Source of the DNA: Candidatus Kerfeldbacteria bacterium
GTDB taxonomy: Bacteria; Patescibacteriota; Patescibacteriia; UBA10025; JAHIVO01
Assembly: GCA_047946875.1 (NCBI GenBank)
Contig: CP181398.1
Location: 841,041 to 905,040 of the forward strand
Reading direction: 5' to 3'
DNA: 64,000 nucleotides
The position numbers and the translations under genes are program-made. The notes under the pieces were generated by a model. The model ran no database searches and had not been told where the DNA came from. It was given only the letters and a program-made list of their open reading frames with translations. This document shows positions 32,228 through 41,306 of this stretch, piece by piece. How positions within the stretch are numbered: position 1 is the stretch's first letter; the number at the start of each line of letters is the position of its first letter.

Positions 32228-32419
32228 TTAATTATTACCTTTACCAACTCCACGTCCTGGACCTCTTCCTAAACCTCGTCCTCTACCTTGACCTCGCCCC
32301 ATTCCTTGTCCACGACCATCAAACGGCCTTTGTTGCGGTTTAGCATCAGTACATTTTCCCATTTGTCCACCTGTTTTTGCACCTTTACCTGCAGGACCTG
32401 TTTTATCTTGATTTGGCAT
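32228..32419 (-). CDS. DUF5320-like Gly/Arg-rich small protein
   Basis: MPxxDxTGPxGxG...G-C, GRG repeats. Confidence 0.75.
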   Translation of the reverse strand: MPNQDKTGPAGKGAKTGGQMGKCTDAKPQQRPFDGRGQGMGRGQGRGRGLGRGPGRGVGKGNN

Positions 32420-32739
32420 ATTATTATTCCTTTCTTATTATATTAATATTTCGACCTTTTGGGTTATCCACAGTTATGAATATATACCCATAATTAATTA
32501 TACCCCCTTAAATTGCTTTGTCAATAGAAATAACCATGGGTTAATTCCCCTACTAAACATTATAACTAATCCTCTCTTCTTTTAATCATGAGAAAAGCCA
32601 TATCTTGCATTTTAAATAATATATGATAAACTAGTTTGTTAAGTTAATCTCAGTAAATAACTGGACAAATGTACTAAAATGTGATATAATACATTTATAA
32701 CCGATTAAATTCGGCATTTAATGAATTAATAAAAAAAAT

Positions 32740-33060
32740 ATGGAAGATGAATTATTAAATAAAGACATTATTGAGATTTTAGGCTTGGAAAAAGTATCAG
32801 AAGATAAAAAAACACAGCTAAGAGAAAAAATGGCAAAAGTGTTGCAAAATCGTATTGCAAATAGACTAGATGACGAATTTACAGAAAACCAAAAGCAAGA
32901 ATTTAATACTATTAGTGAAGCTGGTGATGAAAATAAAATCACTGCTTTTTTAGATGCAAATGTTAAAAATATGGAGCAACTAGTCATGGAGGAAACTTTA
33001 AGATACAAACATGAAATGGCTGACCAAGCAGAAGATCTTAAAAAAATGATTCAATCTTAA
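32740..33060 (+). CDS. DUF5663-like small helical protein
   Basis: ILGLEKV...LREKM...NRI...QKQEF pattern typical of this CPR family. Confidence 0.7.
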   Translation: MEDELLNKDIIEILGLEKVSEDKKTQLREKMAKVLQNRIANRLDDEFTENQKQEFNTISEAGDENKITAFLDANVKNMEQLVMEETLRYKHEMADQAEDLKKMIQS

Positions 33061-33064
33061 TAAT

Positions 33065-33244
33065 ATGACAAACCAACAAACTGACAATACTAAAAAAATT
33101 AAAGAAATGGTTGAAGCATATTCTGAGTTTAAAAAAACTATGGAAGTTTTGAGAACCGATCAAAGACATTTAATCAAAAAGTTTGTTGAAACAATGGATA
33201 AATCAAAAGCTGACGATATATTAAATAAAATTAAAAAATTATAA
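33065..33244 (+). CDS. 59-aa helical protein (not in ORF track)
   Basis: MTNQQTDNTKKIKEMVEAY...ILNKIKKL fills the gap with 4-nt and 2-nt spacers. Confidence 0.7.
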   Translation: MTNQQTDNTKKIKEMVEAYSEFKKTMEVLRTDQRHLIKKFVETMDKSKADDILNKIKKL

Positions 33245-33246
33245 TT

Positions 33247-36200
33247 ATGACTACTCCAGAAAAAGACAAAGAGGGAAATAATAATAATGAAAGTGACACT
33301 CCAGCCACACCTGAACTTACCGAAACAGAAAAGAAGCTAGTAGATGCTCAAGCAGAGCTAAGTTTTGATGATGTAGAATCAACAACACCAGATGAAATTG
33401 CTGATAAGACTAAAGAAAAAGCAGCAGGTGATGTCGACAAAATTAAGAGTGATTTTACCGACGCCGGAATAAATATAACAGATGTTCCAGAAGCTGAAGC
33501 AGTCATTGAAAGTGCTACAGATGCAGAGACAACTCTGGGAAAAAAAGTAGATAAAATACAGAACAATACAGCTACACCCGAAACAGAAAAAACATACACA
33601 CCCAGAGAAATAGAAAACTTGGAAAATGGTAGCGATACAGCAGTAACTGGAGAACACCTAACCATAAATACAGCTAAAGACTCCTCTATTACCGTAGAAG
33701 ATGATGCCAAACTAACAATTAATGAAGGGAGAGATAATAAAATTACAACACATGGTAGTGGTACTGCTAATATAAAATCAGGATTGGATAACGAAGTAAT
33801 TGTCGCAGAACCAAAAGATGAGAAAGAAGAAGAACCTAAATATTCAGTTGGACAAGAAGTGAGTTTTAGAAATGAATCATTTGATAGATATGAACCAGGA
33901 ACAATCAAATCAGTCCGTATAGATGACACAGGGAAGAAAAAATATACAATACACAATCCAGAAAATGGAAGAGTATTCCCAACAGAATTAAATGAGGAAG
34001 ATTTTGAAACACCTAAAGAAGAAGAAATACAGGATAATACAACTACACCCGAAACCGAAGAAACTCCAGAAGGCGAAATGCCGGTAGAAATCAGAGAAGC
34101 CAAAGAAAAAAGAAAAGAAATATATTCTGCAATCGAAGTGGGTGAAGAATCCATTCAATTACTGGAAAATAGTGATCGTAAATCATGGCTAGCCAAAACT
34201 ATTTCAAAAATAAAGAAAGCAATTAATCCCAAAACTGGTAAATATAATATTAGAGAAAGATTTGACAGCTCTTCATTAACAGGTACCGCAAAAGCTGAAG
34301 AAGGAACAATATCTAAAGAAGAAGGAATTCCTTCAGATGATATGATATCAATCATATTAGAGCGAGCAGAAAAAATTAAAGAAAGTGCCGAATTACCAGC
34401 CAATGAGCTCAAAAAAGATTTAACAAAAAGAGGTCACTATAAAAAATTAGATGCCGCTGATTCAATCAAACAATTGGTAACAGAAAAGATTAAAGAACAA
34501 GAACAAGCATCAATTAGACATTTTAAACAAGACGGAACCCTGGCAGTAGGAATGAAAAAAAACGGAAAAGGATTTACAAAAAATCATAAAGAATCTTTGG
34601 CAGGAAAAATAGTAACTGACATTTCTAATGATGACTACGATATTAATGCAGAACTTAACCAGATGGTTAGTAATCTTGATAATACCGCAGCAATATTGAG
34701 TGACAATAGTGATACATATCATGATGCAAGATATAAAGAAAACCCCAAAATGAGTGATGAAGAATATCAGACAATGCAAGAAGAAAGAATAAACAGAGAA
34801 GCAATAATTGCTGCAGGAGATTATCGTGGGGGTGAAAATGCAAGCGCAACTCTTGATATAGACAGTGCTCGTGAAACTTTGAATGGTCGTCTAGAATTAG
34901 TTATACCAGGAATATCAGATGAAGAAGAAGAATTGGATAAAAAACCAACTCCAGAAAAACCTAAACCAGAAGACGAAGAAGAAAAACCAACTCCAGAAAA
35001 ACCTAAACCAGAAGACGAAGAAGAAATAACTCCTAAATCTGAAGATGATGATGAACCTAAACCAGAAGACGAGAAAGAAGAGGAAATAAACATCAAGGGA
35101 GCAACTGATAAATATGCTGAAATGATTTCTAGAGGTAGTAAATTCTTCAAAGGTAAAAATTACGATAAAGATCTAGATCAAGCAAGAGAAGAATATGAGA
35201 CTTCTTTAATGCATTATTTAGATAAAGAAGTTAAAGAAAAACTAGATGGTATTGATCCTTTTGATCCTGAAAATCCTGAACATCAACAAAAATTTGCGGA
35301 GATAAATGAAGCGGTCATGGACCAAAGAGAAGCGCTTGGAGAAGCTATTAAAGAAATACATGAATCAACTGCTGGCAGAAAGTTCAAAAACTGGTGGAGA
35401 AAAAGTGCTAAACTTAGAATGGTAGCTGGTCTTACTTTGACAGGTGGAGCTATTGTAGCCGGTGCAACTGGTGCTGGTTTACCAATCACTGCAGCTCTTC
35501 TAGCTGGTAGAGTCGCTCTGTCAGGCGTAGGCACTACCCTAGCAGTTGAGGGTGGCTATGAATACGCAAGAACCAAATATGGTAAAACTAAAGAACTTAC
35601 GAGTAAGGAAGTAGATAAAATGAGTTTATCTGAGCTTGAGGATGCTTATGCGGCTCATACCATTAACTCATCACTCAAAGGTTTAGACAGAGGGCAAGAA
35701 GCCAGTTTCTCTGGAGGAGTTAATACTGAAAAAACATTTATTAAACCTGATGACATGTCTGACGCTAATTGGGACATATTATCAGAAAAAGATAAAAAGA
35801 AAATAGAAGGCATCGAAAAAGAATATATTAAACCAAAGATACTTCTGGACGCTGATTGGGATAAGTTATCAGAAAATAATAAGATGTTGAACCCACTTAT
35901 ATCAAGAAATAGGATTATTAAAGAAAGAAAGGATATAAAAATGATCACTGACAGACTTATGGTGCTTAAGGCAGAACAGTTTAAGGCTGATCTAGATGTC
36001 AAAAAAGAGACAGGTGAATCAGACAGTGATATTGCATATGATGTTATCATGAACAGTATGGATACTTCTGAAAAGGATGCTGACAAAAAACTTGAAGGTA
36101 GAAATGCTGCAATATTAAAAAGTAATAAAAAGAAATGGACTATCGCAGTAGCTTCAGGATTAATCATGGCAAGTGTAATCGGGGTGAGAGGATTTAACAA

Positions 36201-37830
36201 CTTACCGGAAACACCAAAACCAACCACCGAAGATGTACCAGAAGCAACTCCTATACCAGAAGAGACTCCTATAGTTGAAGATGTACCAGAAGCAACTCCT
36301 ATACCAGAAGAGACTCCTATAGTTGAAGATGTACCAGAAGCTTTTGATGGTGCTGTAACTATTGAAAAGGGTGATAACTTATGGAACATAATTAAAGATC
36401 AAGTCAAAACCCAAATGGGTGAAGAAAAATGGGATGCTCTTGGCGAAGGACAACAAACTCATTTAATTGATCAATTCAAAGACACTGTAGCTGATAATCC
36501 TGGGGCGTTTGGACTAGAAAACCCAGATAATCTAGAAATTGGTCAGCAAATTGATCTATCCTCTCTTTATGAAAAAGGTAGCGAACTTGGTACAGCTCTT
36601 GAATCGTCAGCAACCCTTACAGAAAGTCAGTTAGAAAATATAACCGCCAATAATGATACATTGCAAGATTGGGTAACAGACAATCCAGGTAAAAGATTAA
36701 CAAGTGAATTGGTTAATGAAATTTTAAGTGATGATACAGTTGACTCCGACATAGGAGCTGCTTCTGAAGCAGTAGATGGTGCAGCTGCTACAGCTGAAAC
36801 TGCTACTGAAACTTCTGCAGAAGGTGCAGCTAAAAATATAACTAATAGTACCTCAACTACCGAGACAATGACAGATGTTGCTGATACTTCAGAAGCTTCT
36901 GAAGTTGCAGATGGTGGGGATGAGACTGTTACAGAAACAGCACCTGAAGCTGTAGAACAGGCAAAAGAGTTACTGCCAGTGAATGAAAATTGGAAAGAAT
37001 TGAAAAAACTTAGAGAATCTACAAAATACCTAACTAGTAGAACGTTAGACAGAGTGACTGATATGAAAGTACAAGACTTTGTTAAAGGTGAAATACTGGG
37101 TTCGGATGGAAATCCAGTAGACCTCCAAGATCATTTATCCAAAATGGAGGGCTTCAATAATAATGAAGCGAAAAGTTTTGTAAAAAACATGAAGAGTTTC
37201 ATTGAGCATGTTGGCAAAGAAGTTGGTAATGTTGATAGGAACTGGACTGTAGGTGAATTTAGTCAGAAAACTGGATTAATAGGTCCTGATGGTCCAATCG
37301 CATCCCCTTCAATCGGTAGTGGTCTAGATCGATTCCAAGAAGCAGGTGAACAAGCAACAGAATCATTTAAAGACAAATTAACATCTGCCGACGCCTCATT
37401 AGGTGAAGCTCCGACTGATCAACTAGCCGAATTACAAGCCAGTAACGCTGATACGGTAGCTCAATCACAAAAAGTCTCTGCAAACGTTAACGAAGTGCTT
37501 AATACTAAAATCCCAGTTGAAGCTGATATGAAAGATTATTTATCAATCCAAGAAGCAACAAATAGTATTGATGAAAAAACTATGGAATATCTGACCGACC
37601 ATCTAACATTAGATGATATTATAAAAAACAAAGAAGCCGTATTTAAAGGCGATACCATTAATGTTAAAGAAATACTTTCAAGATTTGAAGGTATGAATGA
37701 TAAGCAGGCAAAAGGGCTAATAAGTGGAGTGAAGGGATTATATAAGCAACTCACCGGGCAAGGTTATCCTATCAACACGAATATGACCTTAGGAGAGTTT
37801 AGTAGCAAGATAGATATAATAGAAAAATAA
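33247..37830 (+). CDS. Giant acidic membrane/surface protein with LysM-like domain and internal repeats
   Basis: 1527 aa; Gly/Ala hydrophobic hairpin, TM, TIEKGDNLW...NPDNLEIGQQI. Confidence 0.8.
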   Translation: MTTPEKDKEGNNNNESDTPATPELTETEKKLVDAQAELSFDDVESTTPDEIADKTKEKAAGDVDKIKSDFTDAGINITDVPEAEAVIESATDAETTLGKKVDKIQNNTATPETEKTYTPREIENLENGSDTAVTGEHLTINTAKDSSITVEDDAKLTINEGRDNKITTHGSGTANIKSGLDNEVIVAEPKDEKEEEPKYSVGQEVSFRNESFDRYEPGTIKSVRIDDTGKKKYTIHNPENGRVFPTELNEEDFETPKEEEIQDNTTTPETEETPEGEMPVEIREAKEKRKEIYSAIEVGEESIQLLENSDRKSWLAKTISKIKKAINPKTGKYNIRERFDSSSLTGTAKAEEGTISKEEGIPSDDMISIILERAEKIKESAELPANELKKDLTKRGHYKKLDAADSIKQLVTEKIKEQEQASIRHFKQDGTLAVGMKKNGKGFTKNHKESLAGKIVTDISNDDYDINAELNQMVSNLDNTAAILSDNSDTYHDARYKENPKMSDEEYQTMQEERINREAIIAAGDYRGGENASATLDIDSARETLNGRLELVIPGISDEEEELDKKPTPEKPKPEDEEEKPTPEKPKPEDEEEITPKSEDDDEPKPEDEKEEEINIKGATDKYAEMISRGSKFFKGKNYDKDLDQAREEYETSLMHYLDKEVKEKLDGIDPFDPENPEHQQKFAEINEAVMDQREALGEAIKEIHESTAGRKFKNWWRKSAKLRMVAGLTLTGGAIVAGATGAGLPITAALLAGRVALSGVGTTLAVEGGYEYARTKYGKTKELTSKEVDKMSLSELEDAYAAHTINSSLKGLDRGQEASFSGGVNTEKTFIKPDDMSDANWDILSEKDKKKIEGIEKEYIKPKILLDADWDKLSENNKMLNPLISRNRIIKERKDIKMITDRLMVLKAEQFKADLDVKKETGESDSDIAYDVIMNSMDTSEKDADKKLEGRNAAILKSNKKKWTIAVASGLIMASVIGVRGFNNLPETPKPTTEDVPEATPIPEETPIVEDVPEATPIPEETPIVEDVPEAFDGAVTIEKGDNLWNIIKDQVKTQMGEEKWDALGEGQQTHLIDQFKDTVADNPGAFGLENPDNLEIGQQIDLSSLYEKGSELGTALESSATLTESQLENITANNDTLQDWVTDNPGKRLTSELVNEILSDDTVDSDIGAASEAVDGAAATAETATETSAEGAAKNITNSTSTTETMTDVADTSEASEVADGGDETVTETAPEAVEQAKELLPVNENWKELKKLRESTKYLTSRTLDRVTDMKVQDFVKGEILGSDGNPVDLQDHLSKMEGFNNNEAKSFVKNMKSFIEHVGKEVGNVDRNWTVGEFSQKTGLIGPDGPIASPSIGSGLDRFQEAGEQATESFKDKLTSADASLGEAPTDQLAELQASNADTVAQSQKVSANVNEVLNTKIPVEADMKDYLSIQEATNSIDEKTMEYLTDHLTLDDIIKNKEAVFKGDTINVKEILSRFEGMNDKQAKGLISGVKGLYKQLTGQGYPINTNMTLGEFSSKIDIIEK
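34942..35025 (+). repeat. 42-nt tandem repeat x2 (KPTPEKPKPEDEEE)
   Basis: Exact duplication in sequence. Confidence 0.9.
36229..36341 (+). repeat. 48-nt tandem repeat x2.3 (EDVPEATPIPEETPIV)
   Basis: Exact duplication in sequence. Confidence 0.9.
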
Positions 37831-37840
37831 ATTTAAATAC

Positions 37841-37873
37841 AAAAAGGTCTCCAGTAAACAAGGAGACTTTTTT
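37841..37873. terminator. Bidirectional intrinsic terminator
   Basis: AAAAAGGTCTCC...GGAGACTTTTTT between convergent genes. Confidence 0.75.
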
Positions 37874-37892
37874 GGTATCTAAAAACTATCAT

Positions 37893-38471
37893 CTAATAGA
37901 AATATAATCCTTTTTTCTTTAACTCCTTCCGTAACTCTTTATAATTTGAAATTGTTTGTGATACTAAATTCCAAAATCTATATGAATGGTTCATTTCTTT
38001 TAGATGGCAAATTTCGTGAGTTATAACATATTCAGCGATATGAACAGGTAAAAATAGTAATTTATAATTAAAATTTAGATTACCATTTTGAGAGCAGCTC
38101 CCCCATCTTGTAGTTTGATTTCTAATACTAATCCTATTGTAATTATAGTTATAGTGTTTATTTATATCTCTTGTTTTTGTCTCAATAAAGTTTCGTGCCT
38201 CTTCCTTATATTTTTGATAATCCACTTTACTGTTTTTAATACTTTTTGTACCCTTAAATTGTTTGAAATATTCAATCTTAATTAATATCCATCCAGCCTT
38301 ATCACGTAAAAAAGAATTTACAAACATTGATGGCAGTCCATATGGTTTAGTAATAACTAAAGAACCGTCAGGATGTACTGACATCCGAAGTCTCTTAGAG
38401 CGTTTACTAATTTTTAGAGTATAATCAATCTCTTGATCATTAATAATTATTTGTTTATTCATTATTAACAA
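37893..38471 (-). CDS. YgjP-like / M48-family metal-dependent hydrolase
   Basis: RWGSCS, YVITHEICHL, NHS..FW. Confidence 0.9.
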   Translation of the reverse strand: MLIMNKQIIINDQEIDYTLKISKRSKRLRMSVHPDGSLVITKPYGLPSMFVNSFLRDKAGWILIKIEYFKQFKGTKSIKNSKVDYQKYKEEARNFIETKTRDINKHYNYNYNRISIRNQTTRWGSCSQNGNLNFNYKLLFLPVHIAEYVITHEICHLKEMNHSYRFWNLVSQTISNYKELRKELKKKGLYFY

Positions 38472-38512
38472 TTATAGCAAAAAATTAAGTATTTTATAAG
38501 CCATGAAGTTAG

Positions 38513-39001
38513 TTATCGCCTTTTTTTGACCATTTCCAATATTTTTTTTGTCTGGGGAAAAATAAGATTATTCATTTCCATAACATTCTCAACCTTGATC
38601 CATTCCGGTTTTTCTGCGTACTCTTTCTCAAATTTATCAACATTATTATTATTCACTTCACCTTGTTCAAATCGACAAATAAAAAACATCAAAATTGCAT
38701 GGACAGGCTTATTTTCATATGGAACTAAAAAAAAGGAATCATCACATTCAACTATTTCCGAACTAACAATTTTCAAACCAGTCTCTTCTAAAATCTCTCG
38801 TGTTAATGCGTCAGATATTTTTTCGCTTATTTTGACACCTCCACCAGGAAGGCAATACTTATCCCTGTGTTTTATCATGAGAACTTCCTGATTATCATTT
38901 ATTAATACACCATAAACTGACGGTCTGAATGACAGCTTCTCCACTGAAAAGTATTGTTCTACTCCATTGAAATCAACACATTTAACTTTTTTTGTATCCA
39001 T
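38513..39001 (-). CDS. Nudix hydrolase
   Basis: LPGGG...REILEETG. Confidence 0.9.
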   Translation of the reverse strand: MDTKKVKCVDFNGVEQYFSVEKLSFRPSVYGVLINDNQEVLMIKHRDKYCLPGGGVKISEKISDALTREILEETGLKIVSSEIVECDDSFFLVPYENKPVHAILMFFICRFEQGEVNNNNVDKFEKEYAEKPEWIKVENVMEMNNLIFPQTKKILEMVKKRR

Positions 39002-39334
39002 AATTTTTTTTGTTAATTATTTAAAATATCAAATCCCGTTATATCCTAAACAACGAGTTTTACCCTATCGATTACAAGCACTGTCTTACAACCTTTTGAT
39101 ACAGAAAAAATCCAACCTCCTTTAAAACTCAATTTAGTGATCTCGATAAAATTTTCTGATTATATACAAAATTCTTCATAGTTAGGTAATTTAAATATAA
39201 TTACTAACACCAATTTCAGATACTAAATATAAGATAGTAACTCCTTTAATTCTATCTTATTTATACCTATTTTTTCCTTTAAAATCAACAAAAAAAACGA
39301 TTTTTATCGTCTTTCACTGCACATAAGCATCCAG

Positions 39335-39632
39335 CTCCGCGAGTCAGATTCGAACTGACGACCTACCGGTTACACGTAATCCATACGTTTCCGTACGGCA
39401 TGGACTATATCTTTGCCATATTCTCAAAGTGAGAATTTAGACACTCTGGTATCTAGTCTCTACGGCGCTCCCCTCCTTTAATAAAGTTTCGGAGGAGTTC
39501 CCACGGTATTAGCATATTCAAAATTAATTGAACGTAGCCTTCACCGTTATCCCAGAGAGTTCATCCCGACATTTCTGTCGGAAGCTGCGTTTTCGTTCAC
39601 AGCCGGTTGCTCTACCGCTGAGCTATCGCGGA
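39335..39632 (-). tRNA. tRNA-Asn(GUU) interrupted by a group I intron between nt 35 and 36
   Basis: Exons 39632-39599 and 39372-39335 join to TCCGCGA...ACCGG-CTGTTAA-CCGGT...TTCGAAT...TCGCGGAG; CCA not encoded. Confidence 0.92.
39373..39598 (-). ncRNA. Group I self-splicing intron, 226 nt, no ORF
   Basis: 5' exon ends in U, intron ends in G; P1 CUGU/GCAG with U.G pair; R element GTAGAGACTA; S element AAGATATAGTCC; P9 GAAA hairpin. Confidence 0.9.
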
Positions 39633-39677
39633 ATTGGATGCTTATGTATTTTTAAACTTTTTAATATTTATAAATTA

Positions 39678-39971
39678 CTACTTATTTTTTGCATGAATTT
39701 CTCGATGACAGTTTGCACATAATAAAACGCATTTCTCTAATTCTTGCTTAACTTTTTGCCATCCCCTTGTATAACCCTTACTTGAAATTCCAAAATCTTT
39801 TTTACCACTTGAATGATGAAACTCTAATGCTTCCTTACAAATTTTATATCCACAGATACTACATTTATTACCTTTATGTTTTAGGGCTAATTCTCTTATC
39901 TTTTTTCTTCGCTGTGCTACAGCTTTAATTAAATACTTTGCCCGATCAGCATATTTTCTTTTATCCTTCAT
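39678..39971 (-). CDS. Free-standing HNH endonuclease
   Basis: CSICGY...LEFHH...LLCANCHREIH. Confidence 0.85.
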   Translation of the reverse strand: MKDKRKYADRAKYLIKAVAQRRKKIRELALKHKGNKCSICGYKICKEALEFHHSSGKKDFGISSKGYTRGWQKVKQELEKCVLLCANCHREIHAKNK

Positions 39972-40005
39972 ATATTACAAAATCTAAGTACAATATGCCA
40001 TTAAT

Positions 40006-41295
40006 TTAATAATCCCTTAATTTTTTCATTCCTTGGTGTTCTTCAATCCTTTCCAATGCTTTTGCTTCAATCTGACGAATACGTTCACGTGTTACACCAA
40101 ATTCTTGACCAACTTCTTCTAGAGTATGAGAAACTCCATCTACTAAACCAAAACGCATTTCCAAAATTTTATGTTCACGAGGTGACAACTCTCTAATAAT
40201 TTCTAATACGTGATCTTTTAATAATTGCATTGCAGCGACACGGTCAGGTGTGACAGTTTTCTGATCTTCTATAAAATCTCCTAATACAGAATCTTCATCA
40301 TCACTATCCCCTACAGAGGTTTCAAGAGATACTGTATCTTGTGATATTTTCATAATATGATGAACTTTTTCTACTGTTTCTCCAAGCTCAGCAGCTATCT
40401 CTTCGGCTAGTGGTTCTCTACCCAAATCTTGAATTAATTGTCTAGATACGTGGGTGTATCGATTAATAGTTTCCACCATATGTACTGGAATTCTAATAGT
40501 ACGTGATTGATCAGCCAATGCTCTTGTTATAGCTTGTCGGATCCACCAAGTAGCATATGTAGAAAATTTATAACCTTTTCGATAATCAAATTTTTCTACC
40601 GCTCTAAATAATCCAATATTTCCTTCTTGAATCAAATCTAATAAAGATAAGGAGCGCCCAGTAAATTTCTTGGCTATTGATACAACCAACCTAAGATTTG
40701 CCTCTACCAATTTTCTCTGTGCTTCGATCTCTCCTTTTTCTTTCAATTTTGCGAGTTTAACTTCTTCTTCACGTCGTAATAATGGTACCTTACCAATCTC
40801 TCTCAAATACATCTGAATTGAATCATTAGAAATATCAGACATATCCAAACGTTGCTTGTCCGATGCCTTTTTTTTCTTTCCTTTAACCTCAGTTTCGATT
40901 AAATCTTCTGGCCTACTTAAAACAGTGCCAGTAATTTCAACTACCTGAATTCCAGAACTTTCTAAATCATCCAAAAAATCTTCATATTCTAGTATATATT
41001 CTTCTAGTTCTGGGAAGCTATATAATATTTCTGTTTCTGTAATAAACCCTCTTGATCTTGCTTTTTCATAAAGCTTTTCAACTTTAGACATATCCAGCTC
41101 AATCTTTTTTGCCTTTTTAGCTGAAATTTTTGGATCTTTAGATTTAGATGTTTTTTTAACGGCTTTTTTTGCAGCCGTCTTTTTGTTTACAGGTTTAGAT
41201 GTTTTTTTAACGGCTTTTTTTGCAGCCGTCTTTTTGTTTACAGGTTTAGATGTTTTTTTGGTTTTTGTAATCAAACTAGCTTTTGTTTTAGGCAT
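40006..41295 (-). CDS. rpoD: Primary sigma-70 factor with Lys/Ala-rich N-terminal extension
   Basis: [45 protein letters not shown]; downstream of dnaG. Confidence 0.95.
   Translation of the reverse strand: MPKTKASLITKTKKTSKPVNKKTAAKKAVKKTSKPVNKKTAAKKAVKKTSKSKDPKISAKKAKKIELDMSKVEKLYEKARSRGFITETEILYSFPELEEYILEYEDFLDDLESSGIQVVEITGTVLSRPEDLIETEVKGKKKKASDKQRLDMSDISNDSIQMYLREIGKVPLLRREEEVKLAKLKEKGEIEAQRKLVEANLRLVVSIAKKFTGRSLSLLDLIQEGNIGLFRAVEKFDYRKGYKFSTYATWWIRQAITRALADQSRTIRIPVHMVETINRYTHVSRQLIQDLGREPLAEEIAAELGETVEKVHHIMKISQDTVSLETSVGDSDDEDSVLGDFIEDQKTVTPDRVAAMQLLKDHVLEIIRELSPREHKILEMRFGLVDGVSHTLEEVGQEFGVTRERIRQIEAKALERIEEHQGMKKLRDY
41143..41259 (-). repeat. 51-nt tandem repeat x2.3 ([17 protein letters not shown])
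   Basis: Exact duplication in the rpoD 5' end. Confidence 0.9.
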
Positions 41296-41306
41296 ATCTA
41301 AAAAAA

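Noticed and set aside
32464-32472. Replication origin suggested by a DnaA box and strand switch
   Set aside because: Only one perfect box here, isolated near-matches elsewhere, and no dnaA/dnaN
33348-37754. Long antisense ORFs within the giant protein gene, and similar shadows over copA, groEL, uvrA and the helicase
   Set aside because: They mirror codon bias of the sense gene and show no protein motifs
39002-39330. Possible gene remnant between the Nudix gene and tRNA-Asn
   Set aside because: SD-like motifs are present, but there is no convincing ORF or structure
39528-39722. 64-aa + strand ORF
   Set aside because: Antisense to the tRNA-Asn exon, the intron and the HNH gene
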